From: Parcubacteria group bacterium GW2011_GWC1_36_108
Lineage (GTDB): Bacteria > Patescibacteriota > Minisyncoccia > Moranbacterales > GWC2-37-73
Reading direction: 5' to 3'
Length of the DNA: 64,000 bases
Assembly (NCBI GenBank): GCA_000991245.1
Contig: LBRD01000002.1
Coordinates: 108,141-172,140 of the forward strand
The notes below the pieces were generated by a model, which had not been told where the DNA came from, made no database searches, and saw only the letters and a list, made by a program, of their open reading frames with translations. Both the position numbers and the translations under genes were made by a program. How positions within the stretch are numbered: the stretch's first letter is position 1; each line of letters opens with the position of its first letter. Shown here in pieces: positions 1-10,673 of this stretch.

Positions 1-944
1 AAAGTTGCGACCTCGCTCACTGCTAAAATGTTTTCAAGTGTTTGTGACGCTACTTGTCCGATTGAATCTCCCGTGATGAGTGCCAAGCACTTTTCTTTTT
101 TAGCAAGAACTTCTGCAATGCGAATCATCATTCGGCGGTAAAGAATTACGCGAAATCTTTCTGGGGTTTTCATCATAATTTCTTTTTGCACGTCAGCAAA
201 TGGAATTAGATATAATTTGGTGGAGCTGCCAAATTTTTTAAGTTCCTGAGAAAGCGCGATTACTTTTTCAATGGAAGCTTTGGATGTGTATGGTGCGCTG
301 TGAAAATGGGCATAGCGAAGTTGCACGCCTCGCCTAAGTATCTGAAAAGCAGCAACAGGTGAATCAAACCCACCGGAAAGCATCGCCATAGCCTTGTTCC
401 CAGTGCCAACAGGCATTCCGCCAATTCCAAAAATTTTTTCAAGTGATACTAGTGCAAATTCGTTGAGAATAAAAATTTTGCATTCGCAGTCGGGGTTTTT
501 CATACTGACCGATTTTGCTCCACTCAATTTGTCATAAATATATCCTCCAACTTCGCGGTTAATTTCTTCTGAAGTCATTGGGAAATTTTTGTTGGATCTT
601 TGTGTGGTCACGCGGAAAGTTTCGAATTTTTCTTTGCTCATCATCTCCCAACAAAAAGTTTTTAATGTTTCAATGTCTTGTGATACACTGGTGGCGAAAG
701 AAAAATTGGCAATACCCGGAGTATGCATCAAAGCATCATGAATCAGGACGTGATTTTCAATGCTATTTTCATTAAGTTTAATTAAAATCCCCCCAGACAT
801 TTTTTTGACATATTCAAAACTGCCCGGGCAAAATGCTTCAAGTTGGGTTTTTATATTTTCGATTAATTGCGCCTCAAAAAAGTTGCGGTTTCCACCCTTC
901 AGCGCTATTTCACCATAGTGGCACAGGATAAATTCATTTTTCAT
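1..944 (-). CDS. thiI: tRNA 4-thiouridine synthase ThiI (THUMP + PP-loop ATPase); 3' end of gene runs off window start
   Basis: Manual minus-strand translation from ATG at 944-942: MKNEFILCHYGEIALKGGNRNFF... then AMAMLSGGFDSPVAAFQILRRGVQLRYAHFHSAPYTS (PP-loop SGGFDS and HFHS motifs typical of ThiI). The frame is open to position 1 with no stop in the window, which is why it is absent from the ORF track. Confidence 0.8.
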   Translation of the reverse strand, partial: MKNEFILCHYGEIALKGGNRNFFEAQLIENIKTQLEAFCPGSFEYVKKMSGGILIKLNENSIENHVLIHDALMHTPGIANFSFATSVSQDIETLKTFCWEMMSKEKFETFRVTTQRSNKNFPMTSEEINREVGGYIYDKLSGAKSVSMKNPDCECKIFILNEFALVSLEKIFGIGGMPVGTGNKAMAMLSGGFDSPVAAFQILRRGVQLRYAHFHSAPYTSKASIEKVIALSQELKKFGSSTKLYLIPFADVQKEIMMKTPERFRVILYRRMMIRIAEVLAKKEKCLALITGDSIGQVASQTLENILAVSEVAT

Positions 945-1119
945 ATGAAAATAGTTATAAAATTTGTAAAGTTTTAAGGTTCATAAAGTTAAAATGAACA
1001 TCAAATATTTATAACATACAATTTGGGCTGCGTAAAGCTTTTTTGTTGCCTAAATTGCGTATTTACTGTACGATTTACTTTATGAACTTTTAACTTTAAA
1101 ACTTTACGAACTTAAACTT

Positions 1120-2172
1120 ATGGCTTTACAAATAGGAATCGTGGGATTGCCAAATGTGGGAAAATCAACCCTATTTAAGGCTTTAACAAAAAATCCGGTA
1201 GAAATTAGTAATTATCCATTTTGCACTATTGAACCCAATGTTGGGGTGGTAAAGGTGCCAGATGAGCGCTTGGACAAACTGTCGATAATGTCAGAGACAG
1301 AAAAAATAGTGCCAGCAGTGGTGGAATTTGTTGATATTGCCGGAATTGTGAAGGGGGCGTCCGAAGGAGAGGGCTTGGGAAACAAGTTTTTGGCTAATAT
1401 TAGAGAAGTTGATGCAATTGCTCAAGTTGTGAGGGTTTTTGAGAATTCCAATATTACTCACGTGCATAATAAGGTTGATCCGCTAGAAGACATTGAAATC
1501 ATCAATACTGAGCTTATTTTGGCAGATCTTGAAACTGTGACCAAAAGAATGGAGAAATTGGCCAAAGATGCTCGTGGGAATGACAAAGATGCCCAATTTA
1601 AGCTTGGAATCGCGGAAAAAATCAAAAACACCTTAGAAAAAGGTCTTTTGGCTAATATGGCAGAGATTGATTTTGAAGATCAAAACACTAAAATTGCAGT
1701 CCGCGAGTTGCAATTGCTTACAATGAAGCCATTTTTGTATGTTTATAATGTTTCTGATGTTAATGAGAAGCTGCCTGATATTTTGGAAAACAGGAGGCAC
1801 GTTAAATTGGACATTAAAATCGAAGAGGAGCTGATTGAAATGAGCGAAGAAGAAAAGGCTGAAATGAAGCTTACTTCACATATTAATGATTTGATTGTGG
1901 AGGCTTACGATTTGTTGGGATTGCAAACATTTATTACAACTGGAAAAATTGAAACTCGAGCTTGGACAATCAAAAAAGGTGCCACGGCGCCCGAGGCTGG
2001 AGCTGCCATTCACACTGATTTTCAAGAAAAATTTATTCGCGCTGATGTTATTATGTGGGACAAATTACTCGAAATCGGTTCTTGGGGCAAAGCCAAGGAG
2101 CTTGGTGCTGTTAAAACTGTTGGCAGGGACTATGTGATGACAGATGGGGAGGTGGTGGAGTTTAAAGTTTAA
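1120..2172 (+). CDS. ychF: Ribosome-binding ATPase YchF (Obg-like GTPase family, C-terminal TGS domain)
   Basis: 350 aa; N-terminal G1 motif [15 protein letters not shown]; C-terminal TGS-like region; typical YchF length. Confidence 0.9.
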   Translation: MALQIGIVGLPNVGKSTLFKALTKNPVEISNYPFCTIEPNVGVVKVPDERLDKLSIMSETEKIVPAVVEFVDIAGIVKGASEGEGLGNKFLANIREVDAIAQVVRVFENSNITHVHNKVDPLEDIEIINTELILADLETVTKRMEKLAKDARGNDKDAQFKLGIAEKIKNTLEKGLLANMAEIDFEDQNTKIAVRELQLLTMKPFLYVYNVSDVNEKLPDILENRRHVKLDIKIEEELIEMSEEEKAEMKLTSHINDLIVEAYDLLGLQTFITTGKIETRAWTIKKGATAPEAGAAIHTDFQEKFIRADVIMWDKLLEIGSWGKAKELGAVKTVGRDYVMTDGEVVEFKV

Positions 2173-2215
2173 GGGGTAGGAATTAGGAGTTAGGAATTAG
2201 GTTGTAGGAAATACA
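2173..2215. repeat. Intergenic GT-rich repeat element (TAGGAATTAGG family) immediately after ychF stop
   Basis: ggggtaggaattaggagttaggaattaggttgtaggaaatacaaatgc; the same family recurs at 5621-5700, 15262-15460, 20581-20659 and 61111-61150. Confidence 0.6.
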
Positions 2216-2227
2216 AATGCAAATTTA

Positions 2228-2257
2228 AAAACCGCCGGCTTGCGCCGGCGGTTTTTA
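2228..2257 (+). terminator. Rho-independent terminator after ychF
   Basis: aaccgccggc-ttgc-gccggcggtt hairpin followed by a T-run. Confidence 0.7.
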
Positions 2258-2353
2258 ACGTGATTTTTTGTTGTGTGTTGTATGTTTTATGTTATATGAT
2301 TTTGTGATATAATTATGACAAGAATGAAGTTGTTAAATATATTATAAAACATA

Positions 2354-3334
2354 ATGATCAATTTTAAACAAAGAGTTTACGATGAGTTGAATTTGAAGAA
2401 ACAGGCTGATGAACTTGGGGTTAAGGTTTGGCAATCACCTAGTTTTTTGTTTATTGTGATGGGTATTATAATTATTGGAGCAATGACAGCTGTTTATGTT
2501 GTATCTATAAATTATGATTCTCCCGAGATCGTGGTAATCAGTGAAGCCCTGGTTGTTATTTTGCTTTTTACAATCGGAAGTTTTATTATTAGAACTGTGG
2601 AGGAAGTTGCCAAGGCAAACAAAATGAAAACAGAATTTGTTTCGATTGCTTCACATCAACTTAAAACTCCGATTTCGGAAATGAAATGGCAAATAGAGTT
2701 GTTGTTGATAAAATTCTCCACAGGACTCAGTGTTAAACAAACTGAAATAATAAATGAGATTGCACATTCAAGCGAGAAAATGGGAAGGCTTGTTAATGAC
2801 CTGTTGGATGTGGCTAGAATTGATCAAGGGCAATTGGCACTTGCCAAGGAGGAAATTAATTTTTGCGATTTGGTTAATGATACTGTTCAATCGCAAAAGA
2901 TTTTTGCTAAGGCTAGAAGTATTGACTTGGTAACCTCTTGCAATGTGGACAAGCTGATGGTGCTTGTTGATAAGAGACGTCTTTCAGTGGTGCTTGATAA
3001 TCTTATTTCTAATGCGATCAAATATATCGATGGCAACGGAAAAGTCGAGGTTGTTGTTGAAAATGATGATGGCTTTGCTCAAGTTTGTGTTAGAGATGAT
3101 GGTGTTGGTATTCCAAAAAATGAACAAGATAATATTGCTAAGAAATTTTTTCGCAGCAACAATTCAATTAAAAACAGAACCGATGGAACTGGGCTTGGAT
3201 TGTATATAGCTAAAAACATTGTGGAGCAATCAGGCGGCAAGTTGTGGTTTAAATCAATTGAGAATGTGGGCAGTGAATTTTATTTTTCAATTCCACTGGT
3301 TGATAATGAAAAAAAGAATTTAAATTTTAAATAA
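2354..3334 (+). CDS. Sensor histidine kinase (2 TM segments, HisKA + HATPase_c)
   Basis: H-box SHQLKTPISEM; G-box DGTGLGLYIAKNIVEQSGG; N-terminal hydrophobic segments. Confidence 0.85.
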   Translation: MINFKQRVYDELNLKKQADELGVKVWQSPSFLFIVMGIIIIGAMTAVYVVSINYDSPEIVVISEALVVILLFTIGSFIIRTVEEVAKANKMKTEFVSIASHQLKTPISEMKWQIELLLIKFSTGLSVKQTEIINEIAHSSEKMGRLVNDLLDVARIDQGQLALAKEEINFCDLVNDTVQSQKIFAKARSIDLVTSCNVDKLMVLVDKRRLSVVLDNLISNAIKYIDGNGKVEVVVENDDGFAQVCVRDDGVGIPKNEQDNIAKKFFRSNNSIKNRTDGTGLGLYIAKNIVEQSGGKLWFKSIENVGSEFYFSIPLVDNEKKNLNFK

Positions 3335-3390
3335 AAATAATGTTCTTGATCGGTTCGAAAATATTTTCGTGTCGGTTGTGAGAAAAGTTT

Positions 3391-3762
3391 ATGGCAAAGT
3401 TATTGATTATTGAAGATGATCTTGTTCTGCAAAAAGCTCTTAGTGAATATCTCACTTCCGAAGGTTTTGAGGTTGAATGTGCCGAAGATGGAGAAACTGG
3501 TGTAAAATTAGCCTTAACTGGAAAGCCAGATTTAATCTTGTTGGACATTGTTTTGCCAAAAAAAGATGGATATGCAGTTCTCACAGAAGTGCGAGCAGAT
3601 GAAAATTCCAAAAATATTCCTATAGTCCTACTGACAAATCTTGGAAGTATTTCTGATGTTGAAAAGGCATTGGAGTTGGGAGCAACGACTTATCTCGTGA
3701 AAGCTGATTATAAGTTGGAGGAAGTTACTGCTAAAGTTAAAGAACTTTTACACATCAAATAA
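3391..3762 (+). CDS. Stand-alone response regulator receiver domain (CheY-like)
   Basis: 123 aa; LLIIEDD ... LLDIVLPKKDG ... K; no output domain. Confidence 0.85.
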   Translation: MAKLLIIEDDLVLQKALSEYLTSEGFEVECAEDGETGVKLALTGKPDLILLDIVLPKKDGYAVLTEVRADENSKNIPIVLLTNLGSISDVEKALELGATTYLVKADYKLEEVTAKVKELLHIK

Positions 3763-3871
3763 ATTTCTACGAATTACAAATTACTACAAATTTACAAATA
3801 TACAAAAATACAAAAAGAAATAACCCCAGTTGGATGGTCGCTAATGCGAATTTAACGGGGTAAAAATAAAA

Positions 3872-5620
3872 ATGCGAATTGAAAACAAACAGCTGAAAGA
3901 TTTTCTTTTAGATTCCAACTTATTAGAACCTGGAATTATAGAGGAAAATTTTAAAATCTCCTCGGAAACCAACCAAAAATTGGGGGATTTGTTGGTGGAA
4001 AAAAAGTTAATGAATGAAATTGAACTTCAGAAACTTTATTCTTATATCTTGGGCATTCCATTTGTTAATTTGGAAAAGGAGACTATCACAGCTGATATTT
4101 TGCAAATTATTCCTGAGCCTATTGCAAAAAAATATGGGATTATTGCTTTTGAAAAAAATGGTAATGACTTGAAGGTTGCAATGAAAAATCCTGAGGACTT
4201 GCAAACCATTGATTTTATTAGAAAAAAAACAGGGTTGAAAATTATTCCTTGTCTTACAAATGAAGAAAGTATTAAAGCAATTCTCAAGCAATATGAGAAA
4301 AGCTTGAAAGCTGAGTTTGGTGATATTATCAATAAAAATGCCGATGATGTCGCTGTTGGAAATGACGCGGAAAATTTGGAAAAAATCGCACAAGACTTGC
4401 CGATAATCAAAATTGTGGACACCTTGCTTAAACATGCTATTTTGCAATCCGCCAGTGATATTCATATTGAACCGGGGGAAAAAGAAGTTCGTGTTAGATA
4501 TCGTATTGACGGTGTTCTCCACGATGCAATGACACTTCCAAGACAAGTTTTGGAAGGTCTTGTTGCGCGTATTAAGGTTTTGTCTAATCTTAAATTGGAT
4601 GAACATCGTTTGCCGCAAGACGGACGTTTCAAGATTGAAAAAGAAGGATACAAAATTTCTTTTCGTGTAAGTATGTTACCAGTTTTTGAAGGGGAAAAAA
4701 TCGTAATGCGTTTGCTGGATGAAACATCCAAGGGACTCACTCTTGAAAAAATGGGGCTTACTGGTAATGCCTTGGAAGTCGTGCATAAGCACATCAAACG
4801 TCCCAATGGAATGGTGTTGGTAACGGGGCCAACCGGGTCTGGAAAAACCACGACACTGTATACGATTATGGATATTTTAAATACTACGGAGGTTAACATT
4901 AGTACGGTTGAAGATCCAGTGGAATATCGTATGACAAGAGTTAATCAAACTCAAACCAACGCTAAAATCGGAATGACATTTGCAGCGGCACTCCGCAGTC
5001 TCTTGCGTCAAGATCCGGACATTATAATGGTGGGAGAAATTCGCGATGGCGAAACGATGCAAATTGCAGTGGAAGCGGCGATGACAGGACATCTTGTGCT
5101 TTCAACATTGCATACTAACAGTGCCGCAGGAACGCTACCTCGTCTTTTGGATATGGGTGCGGAAGCTTTTCTGGTCGCTTCAACGGTAAATGTTGTTATC
5201 GGTCAAAGGCTTGTGCGAAAATTATGCAATGAATGCAAGACCGCTTATACGCTCGATGAAAAGGAAGTGAAAACACTTGGTGCTAATTTTGATATGGCCG
5301 CTATTTTGGAGATGCTTAAAAAAACTCCTGATTTGGGAGAGGTTGTTACGGCAAAAAGCACTTGGAAAAATTTGAATTTTTATCACGCCAAGGGTTGCGA
5401 ACAATGCAACAGTGAAGGATATCATGGACGTTTGGGAATTTATGAAGTATTGGAAATGGATGAGACAATTGGAAAATTGATAACCTCCAATGCTTCATCT
5501 GATGATATAGAAAAAAAAGCCAGAGAAAATGGAATGCGCACGATGGGAGAGGATGGTTTTATAAAAGCAATCCAAGGAATTACTTCACTTGAGGAAGTGA
5601 TGAGAGTAACGAAGGAGTAG
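3872..5620 (+). CDS. pilB: Type IV pilus assembly ATPase PilB / GspE family
   Basis: 582 aa; GspII_E N-terminal domain; Walker A GPTGSGKTTT; tetracysteine CNEC...CEQC motif. Confidence 0.9.
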   Translation: MRIENKQLKDFLLDSNLLEPGIIEENFKISSETNQKLGDLLVEKKLMNEIELQKLYSYILGIPFVNLEKETITADILQIIPEPIAKKYGIIAFEKNGNDLKVAMKNPEDLQTIDFIRKKTGLKIIPCLTNEESIKAILKQYEKSLKAEFGDIINKNADDVAVGNDAENLEKIAQDLPIIKIVDTLLKHAILQSASDIHIEPGEKEVRVRYRIDGVLHDAMTLPRQVLEGLVARIKVLSNLKLDEHRLPQDGRFKIEKEGYKISFRVSMLPVFEGEKIVMRLLDETSKGLTLEKMGLTGNALEVVHKHIKRPNGMVLVTGPTGSGKTTTLYTIMDILNTTEVNISTVEDPVEYRMTRVNQTQTNAKIGMTFAAALRSLLRQDPDIIMVGEIRDGETMQIAVEAAMTGHLVLSTLHTNSAAGTLPRLLDMGAEAFLVASTVNVVIGQRLVRKLCNECKTAYTLDEKEVKTLGANFDMAAILEMLKKTPDLGEVVTAKSTWKNLNFYHAKGCEQCNSEGYHGRLGIYEVLEMDETIGKLITSNASSDDIEKKARENGMRTMGEDGFIKAIQGITSLEEVMRVTKE

Positions 5621-5700
5621 GAACTAGGAATTAGCTTGTAGGAATTAGGCCTTGTTTATTATTTTACTAATTCCTAAATCCTAATTCCTAATATACTAAA
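5621..5700. repeat. Palindromic GT-rich repeat element (AGGAATTAGG ... CCTAATTCCT inverted arms) between pilB and pilC
   Basis: gtaggaactaggaattagcttgtaggaattaggcc...actaattcctaaatcctaattcctaat; imperfect inverted repeat able to form a long hairpin. Confidence 0.6.
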
Positions 5701-5703
5701 CTT

Positions 5704-6927
5704 ATGCCTAAATATATTTATACAGCCAAAAGTTATAGCGGCGAAACCAAGGGTGGAGAAGCTGTGGCTCAAGATGAAAAAAATCTCGCGCAACAATTGC
5801 GCAGCGAGGGTTTTTTAGTTACCTCAATATCTCTCGTGAAAGAAGTTGATGCCAACAGCGTTAGTGTAAAATTTCTGGACAGATTTCAAAGTGTGCCGCT
5901 TAAGGAAAGAATGGTTTTTGCTAGAAATTTGAGTATTATGGTTGCTTCAGGGTTAACTGTTTCTCGCGCAGTGAACAATCTGGCTTTGCAAACACAAAAC
6001 AAAACATTCAGAAAAATTTTATTGGAAATATATGAAGAAATTCAAAGTGGAAAAGCATTAAGCGAAGGACTGGCTAAATTTCCTAATATTTTTGGCGAAC
6101 TGTTTGTTAATATGGTTAAGGTTGGAGAAACTGCTGGTAATCTGGATGAGGTTTTAAAAATAGTTGCCGTTCAGTTGGAAAAAGAACATGACTTGAAGAG
6201 CAAAGTTAAAGGTGCGATGATTTATCCTGCTGTAATTTTGGCAGTGATGGTTATTATTGGAATAATAATGTTGACATTTGTTTTGCCAAAATTGTTGAGC
6301 GTGTTTAAGGATATGGATGCCGAATTGCCTGTTATGACACAAATGATTGTTAATCTTAGCAATTTACTAAGAAATAACGGACTTTTGGTGGCTATTGTTT
6401 TTATTGCGGGTACTCTTTTTCTGCAATATTTTTTGAGACAACCATTGGGCAAAAAAACCTTAAGCTGGGTTTCTATTAAATTTCCAATTTTTAGTCCACT
6501 TGTTAAGCAAGTAAACTGCGCACGTTTTGCTAGGATTTATAGTTCGCTTTTGAAAAGTGGAGTTGGCAGTGTGGAGGCGCTTAAAATAATTTCACATACA
6601 CTTACTAATTATTATTATCAAAATGCACTGCTGGGAAGTATTGAGGATATTCAAAAAGGTGTTGCGCTTAGTAAGGTGCTTTCCGATAATCAAGATATTT
6701 TTCCAATTTTAGTGTCCCAAATTGTGCAGGTTGGAGAAGAAACTGGAAAAACAGAAACCGTGCTTTTGCAATTGGCAGAATTTTATGAAGACGAAGTTGA
6801 TCAGATTACTAAAAACTTATCAGCGGTTATTGAACCACTTTTGATGGTTATTATTGGTAGCGCTGTTGGTTTTTTTGCAGTAGCAATGTTGCAACCGATG
6901 TATAGTATGATGGACAGTGTTAAGTAA
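5704..6927 (+). CDS. pilC: Type IV pilus platform protein PilC / GspF (two T2SS-F domains)
   Basis: 407 aa; polytopic membrane protein with duplicated GspF-type domains; immediately downstream of pilB. Confidence 0.9.
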   Translation: MPKYIYTAKSYSGETKGGEAVAQDEKNLAQQLRSEGFLVTSISLVKEVDANSVSVKFLDRFQSVPLKERMVFARNLSIMVASGLTVSRAVNNLALQTQNKTFRKILLEIYEEIQSGKALSEGLAKFPNIFGELFVNMVKVGETAGNLDEVLKIVAVQLEKEHDLKSKVKGAMIYPAVILAVMVIIGIIMLTFVLPKLLSVFKDMDAELPVMTQMIVNLSNLLRNNGLLVAIVFIAGTLFLQYFLRQPLGKKTLSWVSIKFPIFSPLVKQVNCARFARIYSSLLKSGVGSVEALKIISHTLTNYYYQNALLGSIEDIQKGVALSKVLSDNQDIFPILVSQIVQVGEETGKTETVLLQLAEFYEDEVDQITKNLSAVIEPLLMVIIGSAVGFFAVAMLQPMYSMMDSVK

Positions 6928-7015
6928 GTTAAAAGTTCATAAAGTTTATAAGATTTATAAAGTAGCGAGGTTCATAATTTTTGTGAAAAAAATAAAAAAC
7001 AGAAAAATAAAAAAA

Positions 7016-8344
7016 GTGAAAAAGGGCTTCTCATTGGTGGAAGTTTTAATCGTGATGTTTATTGCTGCGGTTGCTTTTACGTCTTTTTACACTGTGGCTA
7101 CCTTTGGTACGAAATATATTATTGAGTCAAAAAATAGATTAGCTGCTGTCGCATTTTTAAATGAAAGAATGGAGATTGTTAGAAATCTTGAATATAACGA
7201 TGTTGGGATAGAAGGAAGTATCGATGTTGATGGTATTCTTCCACAGGAAACTGATGCGATTGCAAATGGACGCTCATATCATATTTCTAATTCAGTTGCA
7301 TATATTGATGATCCCTTGGATGGTGTATGGCCAGCAGATACAATTCAAAATGATTATAAAATTGTCAGAGTAGTCGTTTCTTGGAATGATAGCAATGGGC
7401 AATTGCAAAGCGTGTCTTCATCGTCACGTTTTGTGCCACCTGGACTTGAAACTAGTGTGGGCGGTTCTCCTCTTTCAATCAATGTTATTGATGGCACAAC
7501 GTTGCTTCCTATTTCGCAAGCAACTGTTCATATAACAAATAATACGATGTCTCCTCCAATTGATGATACGATACAAACTGATACTAATGGGCACATTATG
7601 CTTCCTGTTGCAAAAATATCCAATGATACCCATCTGTCAATCACAAAAACTGGTTATGAAACAATTGAGACTATGGATTCTTCGCCAACATTCATTCCTA
7701 TCTATGGGCATATTAATGTTATTGAGGGTTTTCTTAATACTTATAATTATTTGCAAAACAAATTGGGAGATCTTATTGTAAAAACTGCGGATTATCAGGG
7801 TAATCCAGTGGGAGATCTCGGGTTTACTATAGGTGGAGGAAAGGTTATCGGGCACGATGAAGTTGGGGTTGAAATTTTTAGTATGGCAAACGAAGTAGGT
7901 ACAACAAATGCGACTACTGGAGAAAAAGAATATTCCGATATAAGTTCGGGAAATTATTCCATCTTAATGAGCCCCGATGATCAGTATGAGTTTATAGATT
8001 ATGACCCATCTGTTTCTCCAGCCTTTCTTGTTCCTGACAGTGTTACAACGCATACACTTCGTGTGGCTGATAAAAGTGTTAGCGCGTTATTCTTAACAGT
8101 TGTTGATATAGAAGATATGGCACCAATAGCAAATGCTAAAGTGACATTAACTGATGGAGCAGCGGATATTTTTACTGAAAAACTAAGCTCATTAAGAGGC
8201 GTTGTTTTTTATCCTGATGATGCGGCAACTTTGGAAAATAAGGAATATACATTAAAAGTTGAAGCTGAGGGATACACTCAAGACACTAAAACAATAAATA
8301 TTTCCAATTTGACTCATATTGGAGTGAGTTTAACAAAATTATAG
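7016..8344 (+). CDS. Large prepilin-like protein with N-terminal cleavage/methylation domain (pseudopilin or minor pilin)
   Basis: ORF track starts at 6917, but in-frame GTG at 7016 gives M-KKGFSLVEVLIVMFIAAVAF, a class III signal peptide (G|F, Glu+5). An alternative GTG start is at 6983. Large C-terminal domain. Confidence 0.7.
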   Translation: MKKGFSLVEVLIVMFIAAVAFTSFYTVATFGTKYIIESKNRLAAVAFLNERMEIVRNLEYNDVGIEGSIDVDGILPQETDAIANGRSYHISNSVAYIDDPLDGVWPADTIQNDYKIVRVVVSWNDSNGQLQSVSSSSRFVPPGLETSVGGSPLSINVIDGTTLLPISQATVHITNNTMSPPIDDTIQTDTNGHIMLPVAKISNDTHLSITKTGYETIETMDSSPTFIPIYGHINVIEGFLNTYNYLQNKLGDLIVKTADYQGNPVGDLGFTIGGGKVIGHDEVGVEIFSMANEVGTTNATTGEKEYSDISSGNYSILMSPDDQYEFIDYDPSVSPAFLVPDSVTTHTLRVADKSVSALFLTVVDIEDMAPIANAKVTLTDGAADIFTEKLSSLRGVVFYPDDAATLENKEYTLKVEAEGYTQDTKTINISNLTHIGVSLTKL

Positions 8345-8345
8345 G

Positions 8346-8984
8346 ATGCAAAAAAGAAAAAAAAATTTGAAAAGCGGGTTTACTTTGATAGAAACGCTTA
8401 TCGCAATTGCTCTTTTCTTGCTTGGCACACAAGCAACAGTGCTTGTTTTTGCCAAAACAATGAAGAGTAAGGCGTACACCTTGGAAATGGGTAGATCATC
8501 TTTCGTTGTTTCGCGTTCTATGGGAGATCTGACTCAATATCTCAGGCGAGCTAGACAATCAGACGCGGGATCGTATCCTATTATTTCAGCTGATGATAAT
8601 GACTTGGTGGTGTATTCTGATTATGATAAGGATGGTGATACTGAAAGATTGCATATTTATTTGACGGATAATAAAGTTTATATGGGAGTTAGAAATCCAT
8701 CCGATAGTTTTCCTGTAACCTATGCATCAGGTGATTCAGAAACTTTTCAATTGGCTGACCATATTATTAACTCAACTGATGATGCAATGTTTTCATATTA
8801 TGACAGTGCATATACTGGCGAATCTGATGATCCGCCGGTTGACACTCCAGCAGATGTTTCGGAAATTCGTTTGGTAAAAATATTTTTAAAAATTAATATC
8901 GATCCAAACAGAGCGCCAGACAATATTCAACAGGAAACTTTTGTCGAACTTAGAAATTTAAATGATTATGATAGAATCCATTAA
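8346..8984 (+). CDS. Prepilin-like protein (type IV pilin N-terminal domain)
   Basis: MQKRKKNLKSGFTLIETLIAIALFLLG; the G|FTLIE prepilin motif. Confidence 0.75.
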   Translation: MQKRKKNLKSGFTLIETLIAIALFLLGTQATVLVFAKTMKSKAYTLEMGRSSFVVSRSMGDLTQYLRRARQSDAGSYPIISADDNDLVVYSDYDKDGDTERLHIYLTDNKVYMGVRNPSDSFPVTYASGDSETFQLADHIINSTDDAMFSYYDSAYTGESDDPPVDTPADVSEIRLVKIFLKINIDPNRAPDNIQQETFVELRNLNDYDRIH

Positions 8985-10506
8985 AATTAAAAATAAAAAA
9001 ACTCAATTAAATAATTTGCCTACGGCAGAATTTAACGGGGTAAATACAAAAAGGGGAAGTGCTTTGGCTATGGCCTTGGTAATGATTGTTATTGTTGCAA
9101 TCACTCTAACTTCACTTCTTGGATATATTTCATCTCAAATAAGATATAGTAAGGACAGGGTTGAGCGCGAGCGAGCCTTTCAGGTCGCTGAAGCTGGAGC
9201 TTATTATTATAGGTGGTATTTGGCACATCAAGTTTCAGGAAAAACTGCGGCTCAAATTGAGGATTTTTGGCAAACTGGAAATCCTATTGGAGTTACTGAT
9301 CCATATTCTGGAACTTTTAATGATTCAGAAAATATGCCTGTTGGGGAATATGAATTAAATGTTGATCCTCCTGGAGATGGTTCAACAATTGTGACTGTCA
9401 CATCCACAGGCTGGACCAATAATAAGCCGAATATTAAACGCACTGTACAAGTGAGATTTCGCAGGCCTTCTTGGAGTGAATATACTTTTTTGTCCAACAG
9501 TTTTTTGAATTTCGGAGATCAATCAACGGTGTATGGAAAAATTCATTCTAACGATGGAATTCGTTTTGACGGACTAGCTTATAACGTTGTTAGTTCTGCC
9601 AAGGCAAGATTTAATGACCCGTCTATTGGTGGGAGTTCTCTGGATTTCGGAGTTCATACAACGGTAACTCCTGCAGATGATCTTGCTCCCGCATATCCAT
9701 GGCCGCCAGGAACAGTTCCGGTTCGTAGTGATATTTTTATGGGAGGTAGAGAATTTCCAGTTCCTGAAGTTAGTTTTTCTGGTGTGGCTACTGATCTCGA
9801 TAATATGAAAGCTCAGGCGCAAGCAGGCAGTGGTCAGTATTTTGCTGCTATAGCAACAAGTAATGGTAAGCCAGGGGGACGGAGAGTTATTCTTAAAAAT
9901 GATGGCACCTATGATATTTGTGCAATAAGTAAAGCAAATGAAACAACGCATAGCATTTCAAAATATTGGAAAAATGATTTGAGCGGAACTTGCGATACTT
10001 GTAGCGGAGCTTGTGCGACGAATTATCCAATTATTAATAATGGAGTAATATTTGTGGAAGATAATATTTGGGTTGAGGGATCCATAAACAATAAAAGATT
10101 AACGATTGCTGCTGCCAATTTGTCCGGAGGGTCAAATCAGGCAGATATTTATATTGGAATAGGCAATGATAACTTGCGACTTGCTGCATATGATTGTGCT
10201 AATATGCTTGGATTGGTAGCGCAAAGGGATATAAGAGTCCTTAACTCTTGTCCAGAAGATTTTATTGTTGACGCTGCTTTGCTTGCTCAAACAGGCTTAG
10301 TAGGTATAGTTGGTGGTACATCTGGAACAAAAAATTCGTTAACATTTAATGGTGCGATATCATCATATTTACAAACATTCTTTTTTAATGGAACCAGTGG
10401 CTTTGATGACAGAACTTATAACTTCAATAATAAGCTCTTGGATTGTCCACCGCCATATTTTCCAACTGGCACAGAATATGCAATAGATCTTTGGGATGAG
10501 CTGTAA
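8962..10506 (+). CDS. PilX-N-like large minor pilin
   Basis: KRGSALAMALVMIVIVAITLTSLLGYI resembles the PilX N-terminal domain; 514 aa. Confidence 0.6.
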   Translation: MIMIESIKIKNKKTQLNNLPTAEFNGVNTKRGSALAMALVMIVIVAITLTSLLGYISSQIRYSKDRVERERAFQVAEAGAYYYRWYLAHQVSGKTAAQIEDFWQTGNPIGVTDPYSGTFNDSENMPVGEYELNVDPPGDGSTIVTVTSTGWTNNKPNIKRTVQVRFRRPSWSEYTFLSNSFLNFGDQSTVYGKIHSNDGIRFDGLAYNVVSSAKARFNDPSIGGSSLDFGVHTTVTPADDLAPAYPWPPGTVPVRSDIFMGGREFPVPEVSFSGVATDLDNMKAQAQAGSGQYFAAIATSNGKPGGRRVILKNDGTYDICAISKANETTHSISKYWKNDLSGTCDTCSGACATNYPIINNGVIFVEDNIWVEGSINNKRLTIAAANLSGGSNQADIYIGIGNDNLRLAAYDCANMLGLVAQRDIRVLNSCPEDFIVDAALLAQTGLVGIVGGTSGTKNSLTFNGAISSYLQTFFFNGTSGFDDRTYNFNNKLLDCPPPYFPTGTEYAIDLWDEL

Positions 10507-10673
10507 TTATAAATCATATAACATATAGCATATAACACAAAATGCAAGACGCAAATTAGAATTTGTTAATCCAATGAATTATGAATTATTGATAAAATAG
10601 TGTAGAATTAAAAAATACAAAATAAATAAACAAATATAAAAATAGTAAATAAGAATTTTGTAGCGGAAGTAGT

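Noticed and set aside
578-775. ORFs 578..775 (+) and 260..442 (-)
   Set aside because: Both are out of frame with, or antisense to, the clearly conserved ThiI frame (SGGFDS PP-loop) reconstructed manually on the minus strand.
4007-5425. Antisense ORFs inside pilB (4007..4618, 4042..4422, 4462..4899, 4877..5092, 5222..5425, all minus strand)
   Set aside because: They lie entirely within the strongly supported pilB CDS on the opposite strand, and have low-complexity composition and no motifs. These are the spurious long ORFs typical of AT-rich DNA.
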